This document shows positions 28,487 through 51,594 of a stretch of 64,000 bases of DNA, in pieces (position 1 is the stretch's first letter; each line of letters begins with the position of its first letter). This DNA comes from the human T2T-CHM13v2.0 reference genome, Homo sapiens. The translations under genes and the position numbers were made by a program. Location: NCBI RefSeq assembly GCF_009914755.1, contig NC_060940.1. One strand, written 5' to 3'. The notes beneath the pieces were generated by a model that was not told the DNA's origin, ran no database searches, and saw nothing but the letters and a program-made list of their open reading frames with translations.

Positions 28487-29089
28487 GTATATTCTAGCAA
28501 AAATAATCAAGATAAGAACTAATGTGTTTGAAAAAGAGTGTTGTCAAATGTTACTGTATATCATGCTTCAAGTTTATAAACTTTGTATCAACATGAACAT
28601 TTCATACAAGAAGAAATAGAAAAAGCACACATTCATCTTTGATAATCAAAACACATTAAAATATAATTATAATATATCAACTAAACAGAACCATTTCCAG
28701 GTGTTAAAAATCAGTATTAGGTACCTAAGATTGTTAAATTCATGTCCTATATACTTTTGGAATCTACAGACAGTAGAATAGTGGTTGCCGGGGAAATGGG
28801 GGTTAGTTATTTAAAGAGTATAGAGTTTCAGTTTTGCAAGATGAAGAGAGTTCTAGTTGGTTGCACAACAGTGTGAATGTACTTAACACTACTGAGTGTA
28901 TGCTTTAAAAATGGCTAAGATGGTAAGTTTTATGATATGTGTATTTCACCACTTTTTTTAAGTTTTTAAGTCAATGTTACATAATGAAGAAAATTTGTGG
29001 TTTTTTTCCAAGCACAAAATTATATGTACACTATTGTTTAAATTAAGGTGTGTGTGCATACGTGTGTGTGTGTGTGCGTGCATGGGTGC

Positions 29090-30274
<1,185 letters not shown>

Positions 30275-31581
30275 TTAAAATTTAGTATCTTTTAGTGATT
30301 GCTAGATCTCTTTGTCAGTGAGTTAATTAATCTAATGGGCTGATAGCAGCTGAGGATGTCCCCAAGAATACTTGTTAGCTAAGAGAAGAAAATGGAGGGA
30401 TATATGTGATACTTGTTTTCTTTGATGCTGTTGTAATTCTTGTGATTTTCATATATGTGAATACAAGACTTCCACACCATGCCCTTTCTTTCGGTATCTG
30501 TAAAATTTAGAAGCTTTAAAATGTATAATGTACATTTGTTACATTTCTGAACCTTTTTGCTCATGCTCTTTGTTCCCTGATGTAGAATGTTCTTTTCTGT
30601 CCGTCAAGGCCCAACCTGAATGTTGTCATTAAATGTCAGGCCTTTCCTCAGTCTTCTTAGTCATAATCATAAAGCCCTTCCATTCTGTAGCACTTTTTAT
30701 TTCTACTAGTGTTCTTATTGAACAACATGTTGAAACAATTATAAACATTTGTGCCCTCCACTTTATGGCAATCCCATGAGATGGAGCCCCTGATTTTTGT
30801 GTCTTCCACATTACCTACCACAATCCTTTGTACACTGCTTAGTTGTTCATTGGATATCTTCAAAAAACAGCCCCTATCCTGCCTGTCTGAAAACTAGAAT
30901 TATAGGAGAGCCTGCTATGATAGTTCATGTAGATAATACATATTAATGGTCTCTGGAAAGATTCTAAATATTTATAATGTGTTGGTTTATATTAACTAGT
31001 TAAGTAAAGTAATAAACCCCAAGTGTGTTGGTCTGTATTCTGCATTAGGGACTGAGAAATATATAGATGAAAATGCATTGTTTCTGTCTTTGATCAGCTG
31101 TCAGTCTTGTGGGAAAATGATGGATAAACAGATCATTGCAGTGTACTTTAGCAACCACCATACATAATGGAGGTTCAAAAGGGACAGCAGCAGTGTAGAG
31201 GAAGCTTAAGTCTGCCTCTGCTTGGGAAATTCACAGGGTAGTATACTTAGAGGGATTTGAAGGAAGAGTGTGTTTTGCCAGCTGGACAAGTTGGAGAAAG
31301 CATTCTGGGCAGGACAAACAGTGTATGCAAAGGCATGGAGGAGTAAGGAGGAGTAAGAGAGCCTGCCAAGTCAAGAGAGTGTGATTGGTCAGTATTTCTG
31401 GAGCAAGCTAACATGGCTTTAAATGAATATAGGAATCATTTTCTAAAAAGTGCTCTTCAGCTACATTATATTTGGAGATTAACTATTTGACAATTAATGG
31501 AACAACTGTTGAAAGCTTTTGTATGTATTTTGCTTTACATAAAACTCTAGATTAATTGACTAAGAATTTTCTATTCTAAAT

Positions 31582-31875
31582 TGTGGTGGCTCACACCTTT
31601 AATCTCAGCACCTTGGGAGGCTGAGGGAGGATTGCTTGAGCCCAGGAGTTCAAGACCAGCCTGGGCAACACAGCAAGACTTTGTCTCTACAAAAAATTTA
31701 AAAACTAGCTAGGCATGGTAGCATGTGCCTGTGTTCCCAGCTACTTGGGAGGCTAGGTGGGAGGATCGCTTGAGCCCAGGAGGTCAAGGCTGTAGTGAAC
31801 TATGATTGTGACACTGCACTCCAGCCTGGGCAACAGAGCAAGACCCTGTCTCCCTGACCCCACAAAAAGAAATAA
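31582..31875 (+). mobile_element. AluJ
   Basis: Alu consensus. Confidence 0.9.
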
Positions 31876-34800
31876 ATACATTGTTAATTTGATTTTTCTA
31901 ATTTAAAATGTTGGAAGAATATTTTGGTATGTGAGTTTATATGTATATATGAACAGAAATATAGTCTGTTGATAGAAGTGTCACATAATTTGTTGCTCAG
32001 ATAGATTGTTTCTACTTGTTTTTTTGTCAGTGATTGAGAGCATGGGCTTTGTAGTCAGGCCTAGTTGAGATTCCTGCTCCGTCACTTGCCTCAAGAGCCC
32101 TAATTTTCTCACAGAATTTGAGTATTAAATGGGAAAATGCTTGTAAAGCACTTAGTATGATGCTTGGTATGTGTATGCCTACAGTAAATAATAGCTCTGA
32201 AGTACTTCTTTTTAGCACTAAAAGCTCCACCATAATGCTGGTTCCAGTTAATTGAATTATTTGGCTAACAAGAACATCCTTTTAGTTCTCTGAAGTGTAT
32301 CAAGGCACTTTCCCTACATTATGACCTAGAGCATAGAGAAAAGAGTTATATTTTCATCAATGATTTAAGATCCTGTAGTCCCTTATGGCAGTAATTTAAA
32401 ACATCAGTTCTTGTAGAGAACTGTCATCTGGAAAATTGGGCTGGAATCTGACTCCAGCACATGCACTGGCAATCACATAGGGGAGTTTGGGGTTTGTGTG
32501 TCTTTTGGCACTTAGCGTGTATATATTTTGCTTCTTTGTCTTTTTTTTCCATCCATAAAAAATTCCTAATGTCACCTTATTTTCTTGCAGTTTACCTTCT
32601 TTTTCCTAAAAAGAGAATATTGGAGAAAAATGTTGTTTCCCCTCTGTGATTCAGATTATCTTTAGAGATTCAAACATCATCTAATCTAACATTATTACAG
32701 TTGATAAAACTGAGAGTCTCCAAAAAATTAATTGACTTGCTCTCCCTCAAATATTTGGTTAATGGAAGAAACAGTGAGTATTTAAACCAGTTTCCTAACC
32801 AGGAGGCCTGCACAAATACAGCTTAGCGCTGGGAAATTAATTTCCACACCACCCGTAAAGATGCTTAAGCTGAAAAATAAAATCTGCCAGGAGAGATTAA
32901 GAACCGTTTTGCCTGGAATAGAAAAGGCTGAGGCAGAAAAGAAAAATAATGGTTCTAGTGGGTGGTCCTGATGCCTGACTGGAGAGGAGGGCCAGAGAAC
33001 AGTGGTAACTCATGGGTGGCAGCAAGTCAGTAAACGGCCTGTGGAAGCTTGAGATCCTAGCAGCACAGAGGTTTAGGGATGTCCTCCACTGTTTGGATAA
33101 CTTCTGAGGCCTCCAGCCCTGCCATGCTAAACTTGTAACAGTGGTGCTCGTGAGTATTTAATCTATGTGTAAGGTTAAGATTACTAAGGGGGGAAGCAGA
33201 ACTCCAAGTGGTTGGTGGCCCAAGGGGTTTTGATTTTCAACAGTGTCTTTTAACCTGAAACTAGTTATAAAATTCCTTGAGCATTCTTCCATTTCACCAT
33301 GTGTAAAATTTAGAAAGTTTTCGATCCTTCATGATAGGATTTAGTGTTTTCTTTTTCTCATTTTTCTGGAACAGCCTATTTCAGTAGTACAATATTTTCT
33401 TTACCTTTCAGAGGTAATGGCAGATTATCATTAACTTGAAATGAGAAACTATAGTGAAATGAAGAAGCATTGTTTATGTTAGTAACCTTTACCAAATACT
33501 CTTGTCATTGATATACATTAAAATGATATACATAAGGTACACAGTACTGTGTATAATATCTTACTCTCTGGGTATTTTTCCTACTCTGTGGGTAATTTTT
33601 GTTTAAATGTGCATAGTCATTCTCTAGTAGAATATCTAAGAAACTGGAACTAGAAACTATGGGGGAGAACCAGGTACCTGGGGGACAAAATAAGCAAATT
33701 ATTATTTTTCACTGTGTATCTTCTGTACCTTATGAATTTTGTATCATTAATTATTTAGAAAAAAATAAAATTTGCTTTCAGTATTACACAGAATAATGAA
33801 AACAGAAGATTCTAGACCTTGCTATCTCTATTCTCTGGCATATAGGCTGTTTTTTATGTGAAACCCTTCCTCCATTTGAAATTGTATACAGAGCCCCACT
33901 GTATAAAACAGTTTTTTTAAAAGGCACTGCTCTGGGCAAAGCCAGGGTAGGGATTGTTCTGGTCTCCCTCTGGTGTCCCTGGGGGTGTTTTTACGGAACC
34001 CAGTGGGTGGCAGAACATAATGAGGACTCTGGATGTAGTGGAATGAGCACAAGGTTTTGCATCCCGGCTCCACTACTTGTTGCCATATAGCATTGAGAAA
34101 GTTGCTTATTCTCATTGAGCCTCATCAGTAAAAACTCCCTCCCAGGTTGTTGCAGAGCTCAGTATCTGAGGCTTAGAATGGGGACTCAGTGGAAGCCAGT
34201 TTCTTTACCCCTTCTTTCTGTGTACTTGGCTCACAATATATCTGGAGTGGCAGGAAAACAGTAAAAGTAGTCATATCCTAACTTTAGACTATGAAAGTCG
34301 AAGATACTATTTTGCCAAGCCATTTTAGATTCTGGTGTTTTTTGTTTGGTTGGTTGGTTTGGTTTTTTAAAACAACCAGTAAAGGATTTTGGACTTTTCT
34401 TGGCTCTGTTGGAGGCTACCAGTTACTGTGGGGATTGAGTAGTGACTAGAAGTGGGTATGAAGAGAACTTCCCATGTTCTGGTAATGTTAGTTCTTGACC
34501 TGGGTGCTAGTTAGGTGGGTGTGTTCGCTTTGTGAAAATTCTTCATTACATACTTAACAATTTGGGCACTATTCTGTACTTGTATAAAAAGAAGGCTTTT
34601 AAAAATAAAAAATAATCACAGACGTTACTTTTGTGAAATGCTCTCCATTGGCATCTGTTGCTATATAGAAGCATCCTAGCACCTTTTCTGTCTGAGAATC
34701 CTTCCTTGATCTGAAAATGTTGACATGTTTCCCATGACCTTTCTTTTTGGGGTATATATGTCTATAACTAATTCAAATGTCTTTTGTGAAGGAAGATGGA

Positions 34801-36034
34801 GGTTAATAAAGGACAGATTTCATGCTCTGATCATAGTTGAGTTAGAAAGATAGCAACTTGTACACTAGTCTCTGTTTCCAGAGACTGCCTTCAACTTGAT
34901 TGGCCTTTTGACCTAAAACTGTAATATAGCACTCTTGGCTTTTAACTCAGCTCCAAGGTGACAGGGTGCTTAAAGATATTTTCTCTATTATCTTAAAAAT
35001 GCCTACATTTGGTTAGATTATAAAGTGGCAGCAAATAAATGGTTGTCTTTAATGTCAGAGAATGGGTAAATTATTGTTTATCCTACTATGAGCAATTTTA
35101 ATACAATTCAAATCATAGAATTTTATGTGGAAACTATTTGGAAATAAAAACAGGCAAAAAGTTTTATGTGGTTTTTGTATTTGTATTTTGCATAGTTTTG
35201 GGGCCTTCAATTCTGTGTGGTCCAAGAAAAAAATCTCAGCCTCTATTTATTTTAAATTTCCGAAGACTTCAGTTTTCAAATTATTTAACTCTACCAATAT
35301 TCTTTCTTGTGTATGGATAAATCAGCATGAGAATATGTCTGTGCTAGGCCTTCCTGGGTTGTGTTTTGGGTAATGGCAGTAGATGAGAATGAACTGGGAG
35401 TATGAACTCAGACTGAGAATGAGAATCGGAAGAAGATTAATGAAGGAGGAAAAGGATACGAAATCTGACTTCCCCCACTACCAGAGGAAGAGAGTCTTGG
35501 TTCTCTATCAGAGGAGCAATAGACTTTATTAAGATTTATTTTTGTTTTAGCCTTGTTTTAGTTTCTAAAAATTATTCTATCTGCAGGATATGGATTTTTC
35601 AACATTTGAATAGTTATTTGAAAAGTTCATAAATGGAAATGGGAAGTGATGAACAGCTTTGTTATAATAACAGCATCATGAGTGCATCCTATGTGCCAGG
35701 CAGTGTACATTATAATTTTGGCTTTATATTTGATCTTTAAATGCTCTTGTAAGTTACCTCTTCATTTTGAGGAACCGAGGCTAAGAGAGGATAAGAAACT
35801 TGCCTAAGGTGACATAGCTGAAGTGGTAGGGCCATCATGGTCCAAGCCCAGAAATGCAGATTATTCCCACTATTTCATTTTAAAATGTTACTTTATATTT
35901 GAAGTTTTCCTTAGGTTGCATACTTTGTAAGAACTATATTTTTTGACATGCCTGTTGGAACAGCTCTCGCAGTCTGCTTATCTGACAGATGTTTATAATT
36001 GTCTGCTGACTTTTTTTTACCCTTTTTAAAATTT

Positions 36035-36580
<546 letters not shown>

Positions 36581-36929
36581 TTTAACCTTTTTAATGAGTT
36601 TGGGGAAAGTGCATTCCTTTCTCTCATGTTGAGACTTAAAATTTGTGCTTTGTGTCTCCTCCAGACTTAGCAATAGGGAGAACTAGCAGTGACTAAGGAG
36701 GCTGACATTAATGCCAATTGTAAGTTAAAGGCTCATCTTTTCCATAGGTCTGATTCTGTGTTCTGACTCTGCCTCCAACTATGTTACTTGGGGGAAATTA
36801 CTTAACCTTAGTCTTAGGCTGTCATCTGCACAATGAGAGTTGAATCAGATCTCTCAAGTACTTTGCCACTCTAAAATTCTATAATTCTGTATTCAGAATT
36901 TTATTTTTCTCCCTTCCTTCCCCCTGAAT

Positions 36930-37541
<612 letters not shown>

Positions 37542-38411
37542 TGTTCTTTTAGCCAAGTATCAAACAAAAAGTGAATACTACAGTATCTGGACATAGTACA
37601 CACTCAATAAAATATAGTTGTTTTTAATTGTTAGGGAATTTTCCCATGAAGAGTTTTCAGCAGGTTTTTTTTTTTTTTTTTTTTTTTTTGAGCTCTCAAT
37701 ATTAAAAGAATGGAGATCAACCAGGAAATTTTCTTCATTCTGGATACCCCCTCCTCGTGGCTGTTTCTGCATAGCTCTGACCAGTAGGGAAAACTCAAGC
37801 TGCTGGTGTGTGTTCTTTCGTCTCATTTGGAGTCATCTCATGACTGCCTCCTAGCAACTCTATTTGCCTTGTTCCTGGGAGATGATATACTGAGAGAAAA
37901 CAGGAGAGCAACTGGTAGTAAGAGGTCTGTAGCACAAGGTTGAGATTAATTCTTCATAAATACTAAGAACAGATTTGTGCTCTGAAATCAGACTCATGGA
38001 TGTGTGCTTTATATTAAAACCCCAATTCTGAAATAACTGTTACTAAAAGGTTAGAATCAAGGCCCTATGGCTGAGGAGAAGGAAACTAGAAATTACAAAC
38101 TTTGTGCTTTTAGGATGATGGAGTTCAGAGTTTCTTTGCCATCATGTAGTATAGTTTACCCATAGAGGAAATCCTTCAAAAACCTTCATTAGAAAACTGC
38201 CACAGTAAGAAGTCCTGCTTCTTAAAGCAGCTGCTTATTCAGCTGTTAAGTTCTACTCCTATGGAAGCTATTTTACTGAACCTAAATCTGTTTCTGTATT
38301 TGTTTCCTTCATATGACGGTCAATACATCTTCCCTTCTAGCATTAAATGTCCTCCCAGATCTCTCATTCTTCCCTCTTCTGCTCTCATTTGTACTGTTAG
38401 ACTTCCTCCCT

Positions 38412-38552
38412 CTTTTTTTTTTTTTTTTTTTTTAAAGAGATGGGGATCTCACTATGTTGGCCGGGGTGGTCTGGAACTCCAGGGCTCAATCAGTCCTTCC
38501 ACCTAAGCCTCCAAAGTGCTGGAATTACTAGTGTGAGCCACCGTGTCCGGGC
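38412..38552 (-). mobile_element. FLAM-type Alu monomer
   Basis: Monomer consensus. Confidence 0.85.
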
Positions 38553-39229
38553 CCCTCATTTTTGTTCCTACTCTTGACTCTTCATCACAGTGTCTTTCCT
38601 TACATCTTCCTCAGTGCCTTCACAATGTAAATAGAAATGAAACCCACAAATAATAGCAAGACAACTTTTCTTTACTCCTGTTCTCTGTGCTTTTATCAAA
38701 AATGTAATATTTTAAACAAATCCATGGCTATTTCTGTGCAGCTGTGACCAGTAGGGAAAACTCCAGCTGCTGATGACTGTGCTTTGTCATATATTTGGAG
38801 TAATCCCATTATTATTAAAATAATTTGAAAATTATTTTTGCCCCAAGACACAAAAGCTGAAATACTCTTTTCACAAAGTATTATTGGTAGGTTAGTAGTG
38901 ATTTATAAATATATAATTAGGATTTATTTTTCTCAGTGTTTCTTCATTGCTTGGCCCCTTTCTAACCTTCATTGACTGAAAGCAGATGTTTATATCACCA
39001 TCTCTGATTTTGCAGAATTGATCTGTCCTTACACTGCATTTAGCATTGATTGTGTATGGAACATAAATTGCTTTTCTGATGCATATGTATTCCATAGCTC
39101 TTTGAATTTGTGACTGTGTACTATAACCTATTTAATTGAAAAGAATGTGCTAAAATTTAGTCATTGTCCATTCTGCTAACAAAAGCAGTTAAAACATGCT
39201 AGAGAAATATATCAGAATTTTAAGAAAGA

Positions 39230-42731
<3,502 letters not shown>

Positions 42732-43005
42732 GCTAGATTTGTTGTTATTTCTTATGTAGTACATATTTATGGTGATTTTCTTTTGAATAAAAATGATTTT
42801 TATTCTTGATTTTTAAGGAAACTTTAGTAAAATATGTCAGACATAATTTTAATTGGTTTTTTTTTGCCTGTTACATGTGACTATATTGGCTGAAAACTTT
42901 TTAGTTATGAAGTTTTTCTGTGTGCTACTGTCTTGTATTTTGTATATCTAGTATTTTGATTGTCAAAACACTTTTTGACCCCAAATTATGATTTTGTCAT
43001 TGCAG

Positions 43006-43074
43006 GCAAGAAGACAACAAGACCCTAGTCCTGGTTCCAATTTAGGTGGTGGTGATGACCTCAAACTTCGTTAA
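43006..43074 (+). CDS. CBFB: CBFB exon 6 coding part (187-aa isoform; 182-aa isoform stops at TAG 43026-43028)
   Basis: ttttgtcattgcAG|GCA AGA...CGT TAA = ARRQQDPSPGSNLGGGDDLKLR*; alternate frame (G)GC AAG AAG ACA ACA AGA CCC TAG. Confidence 0.98.
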   Translation, partial: ARRQQDPSPGSNLGGGDDLKLR

Positions 43075-43715
43075 TTAATAGCACAGCAGATGTGTGCTGC
43101 CCATCTTTACATACACATTGCTTCTAGTTGGCAGAAATAATTGATTAAAAGACCAGAAACTGTGATAACTGGAGGTACTACGGTCTATTTCTCAACCTTA
43201 GGCAGTAATAGACATCACAAACTGCCATGGTTTTGCACTATGATTATAATACCTGCATTTCTAATTTTTTAAGCATGTAGCCAGTAATAATTTGAAGTTT
43301 TTTTTCTATGCAAGCTTACCTTGTTGGCATTATTTTAGGGAGTTGAAACTATCAACTGTAAAGCTCCTTTTCTTCCACTTTAATTTAAAAGTTCATGTCA
43401 TTTAAAAACAAGTCAAGAAATTAAAATTGTATCAGAGGGTTTTCTCTAATCATTTTTTCTATTTTTTTTTTTGTACTTCTAGATGTTTTGGTTATACAGC
43501 TTCATTTTAGATGAGCATTCTTATTTTTTGTTTTGTTTGCCCCATTTCCTTTTGTGTTTTTATAGTCTATAGCATTTTAAAACTGCTGATGTTGTTTGCA
43601 TTATTTACAGGCTAAAAACTTAGTAGCATAGAGCTGTCTGCCACAGCCTTCTGACAAAGTTTACAGTTATTAAAGTTGCAGTATCCTTTTAAATGCTAGT
43701 AATCAGCACTCTTTC

Positions 43716-43828
43716 TTTTTTTTTTTTTTAATAGAGACAGGGTCTCGCAGTGTTGCCCAGGCTGGTCTCGAACTCCTGGCATCAAGCGATCCTCCTGCCT
43801 TAGCCTCCCAGAGTACTGGGATTACAGG
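43716..43828 (-). mobile_element. Antisense FLAM monomer within CBFB 3'UTR
   Basis: Alu left-arm consensus; TSD CTCTTTCTTTTT on both sides. Confidence 0.88.
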
Positions 43829-44659
43829 CTCTTTCTTTTTAAACATAAAAGTTTTAAATTGGTATTAACTCTGTACTCTGCCCTAGATTGTTTTAGCTTC
43901 TGTTCTGTAATCATGAGTTTGGTTGGAGATATTCTCCATAGATGATCTTCTACTGAAATGCCTAAAGAAGTCACAGGCTGGCTTCTGTTTTATTCAGGGA
44001 TTTTTTTAAAAAGTCAATCAGAAAAGGGATACTGGAGCTTCTTCATGTATGTAACAGCATATTAAACTGGAGACAGTGATGAATCAGCTACAAAGGTAAT
44101 ATTGTATTAAAATCATGTTTAAGATAGCTGCTTTTATGTGTATTTTATATTGCATGCTTTTGTAAAAACATGCTGGGTGATGAAAGATTAGTTTTAGAGA
44201 GAAAATGTTCATCTGTGCAGAGGATGCATTTTCTTCCATTAATTCTGGAAAAAACGTTCACAGTTATATATATGGTATTTTGCAAAAGGACTATTAATAG
44301 AACCTTTTGAGATGAATTAATGTAAGAATATTTTTTAAATAGGCTTACTGTCAAATTGCAACTTTTTTTTTAGATACAGAGTGGAAAACAGTGCTAAGTC
44401 ATTTGGCACCTCCTTACAAATATTTTTCATGGTCACATTTATTAAATGTTACTACATTTCTGAATTTTTGAAAAATGTATTTTATCATTAAATGGCATTA
44501 TTTTAAAGGGTGAAAAACTGACACAGTCAATTCAGAAAATGGACTGAAGTCTGAATAAGGTCATTGCATTTAAAAAGCATATAACTGTACTTGACTGATG
44601 AGGGAGGTGTTACTTTCATTGTATATAGGTCTTATTTCATAAACAGATATCCTGTATCA

Positions 44660-44665
44660 AATAAA
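44660..44665 (+). terminator. Candidate proximal polyadenylation signal in CBFB 3'UTR
   Basis: AATAAA with upstream TGTA (44653) and T-rich downstream sequence. Confidence 0.45.
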
Positions 44666-45331
44666 AGTATTTGTTATATATTTGAAGTTATGCATGGAAA
44701 GGAGTGTGTTTAAATTGTTACAAACAATAATGCGTCATTAAAGGCCATGCTGATCTTGCATAACTATAAGTACTATGAATGAATTTGGTTGGTTTTGGTG
44801 TTGTACAGCTCACATGTTTACACACTCAGTGCCCTAATTTCCCCTGAGGGAATCGCTTTTTAAGTGATCCTTACAGTGGTGTTTTATGTTACTTTATTAC
44901 AGAGCTCCTTGGTTTTTTACTTCTGCACTTAAATTTTTTTAAATAACATGATGATGGTACATTTTCCTCTATTGTCTAGCTAAGGGCTTTCGGTCCACCA
45001 GTAAATAAGATCAAATGCTCTTAAATGTTCCTGTTACCATCCTAATGTAAATACTGGATTTTTCTGTCATTTAGCACCATGCTGCTTCTGTCTGTCTTAA
45101 TGCTGGCATTAAGATCATGAGCCCTTTTTCTCCAGTAGTACAGGCTTTGAAAACTACTTCTATTAAGTTATTGATGCAATTTGATATTTTTTCATAATCT
45201 ATATTTAAACAAAATTACATCATTGCATCATCTTTTCTAAATTCATCTCCATTAAAACTTGCCTTAAGCTACCAGATTGCTTTTGCCACCATTGGCCATA
45301 CTGTGTGTTTGTTTGTTTAATTTACTTTCAC

Positions 45332-45337
45332 AATAAA
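45332..45337 (+). terminator. Distal polyadenylation signal of CBFB
   Basis: AATAAA with U-rich upstream sequence and a pyrimidine/GU-rich downstream element (gggtcttggctctttctt). Confidence 0.8.
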
Positions 45338-46019
45338 CTTCTGTGTAGTAAAAACAGGGTCTTGGCTCTTTCTTGACCTAACCCAGTAATTTCTAAGAAA
45401 GCAACAACAGTGGCATCTAGTGGTAATTTCTGTTGATTCCAAAGAAGACTACTTTAAATATAGGTATCACAAGGTATACAAATCCCCCAGTGTATATTAT
45501 GGTTTTCAAGAAATCTGGCTTGATTTACCCATCCTGTGAGATATGACCATAAAGTAGTGATGTTGGGAGAAAGAATTTTAAATTACACATCCAAATTAGT
45601 TCCATCTTTCAAGCTAGTTGTTTTGGAAATATACAGCCGTTTTGATTGTGCTGGTGTTATATCAAACATTCTTAAGACTCCTGGCATTTTCCTACAACAG
45701 AAAAGTAAGCCCTTTTCCTTGAAAGTATGCCTTAAGCTTGACACATGATAAACAGATTCACTCATTAACCACAAGACTTACTGCAAATGACAAAAATGCC
45801 TTTAAATTCTGAATTGACACCATTAAGGGAAATTCCAAAGAGTAGGATTCATGCTCTGAGAGTTAATTTCAAAAAATTGAGCAGTAACAGCATGGTTTTA
45901 GTAAGTATATCACTTCTAGAAACATAATTGGATATGCTAGCTCGGGGCTGCTTGGTGAAAAATATCTTACTTGATTTATGCCTCATTTGGCAATGAGGAG
46001 CTTTTCAATCTATAAACCA

Positions 46020-46890
<871 letters not shown>

Positions 46891-46937
46891 GATATTACCA
46901 AATATACGTAACTGAGTATAAGATACCTTTGGTGTTT

Positions 46938-50300
<3,363 letters not shown>

Positions 50301-51049
50301 TCAAGTAATGTTTCAAGCTTGTTACATTTCTTCCCTTCCAAGTTATCACGTGACAGTTTTACCAGAAGGATTGACATCCTTCCAAACGCCAATGTCAGTT
50401 CCTCCAATCACCGTCCTTCCAGCTACCCAAGCTGGGAAAACTATGTCGTTATTCTTGACTCCCAGTCTCTCTCATCTCCCACATGCAATCTGTAAATCCT
50501 GCCAGTGGATTCCATCAATTCTGTTACTATTAGATGTTTTAAAATTTTAGTTATACACAAAGCAATTACCTGTAAGCCAGACACACAAGTACAGACCTCC
50601 TAACAAATCTGTGAGATTGTTACAGATTTTACAGAAGAAACTAAGGCATGGAGAGGCTAATTAACTTGTCAAGGCACAAAGCTATTAAGTGGCAGAACTG
50701 GGATTCAAATTTTGAGTCCCTGAGCTTAATCACCATGTTCTGACCTGAAGCTGTCCCTGCATGTCTGGCTTTGACTGCTACCATGACTACTTGCCCTCCC
50801 TGAATATGCTTTTCATTAGCCAATTCCATATTTCTGAACATCCCTACCCTCAGTTTGGGGGAATGGCTGTAGCTGACATTCTCCTGAGTTGGCCTGCTCC
50901 TGCCAGGCACCTTCTGCTTCTATTGTGTGTGTGTGTATTGGGCTCTGGGCCAAGGCCTCCTAATATCACCATCCCAAAGCTGTTATTCCCACCTTGGATA
51001 AAAACCTGGGTGAATCAACATTAAATGAGCAAAGATAAACTTCTGTTTA

Positions 51050-51543
51050 TTTTTTTAGAGATACAGTCTCATTCTTTTGTTGCCTAGGCTGTACTGGAGT
51101 GCAGTACATAGCTCACTGCAGCCTCAAACTCCCAAGCTCGGCCGGGCGCGGTGGCTCACGCCTGTAATCCCAACACTTTGGGAGGCCGAGGCGGGCAGAT
51201 CACAAGGTCAGGAGATCAAGACCATCCTGGCTAACACTGTGAAGCCCCGTCTCTACTAAAAATACAAAAAATTAGCCGGGCGTGGTGGCGGGCCCCTGTA
51301 GTCCCAGCTACTCGAGAGGCTGAGGCAGGAGAATGGCGTGAATCCGAGAGGCGGAGCTTGCAGTGAGCCAAGATGGCGCCACGGCGCCACTGCACCCCAG
51401 CCTGGGCGAGAGTGCGAGACTCCGTCTCAAAAACAAAAACAAAAAGCAACAACAACAACAACAACAAAACTCCCAGGCTTAAGTGGTCTTCCCACCTGAG
51501 CCTCCTGGGTAGCTGGGACTACCTGCATGTGCCACCACATCTG

Positions 51544-51594
<51 letters not shown>

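Larger units (their letters stand above)
43075..45352 (+). other. CBFB: CBFB 3'UTR (AU-rich)
   Basis: Repeat-poor AT-rich stretch from the stop codon to ~15 nt past AATAAA 45332; end approximate. Confidence 0.8.

Noticed and set aside
37665-37689. Second orphan poly(T) run as another micro-retrocopy
   Set aside because: No TSD or recognisable small-RNA body adjacent; likely homopolymer expansion
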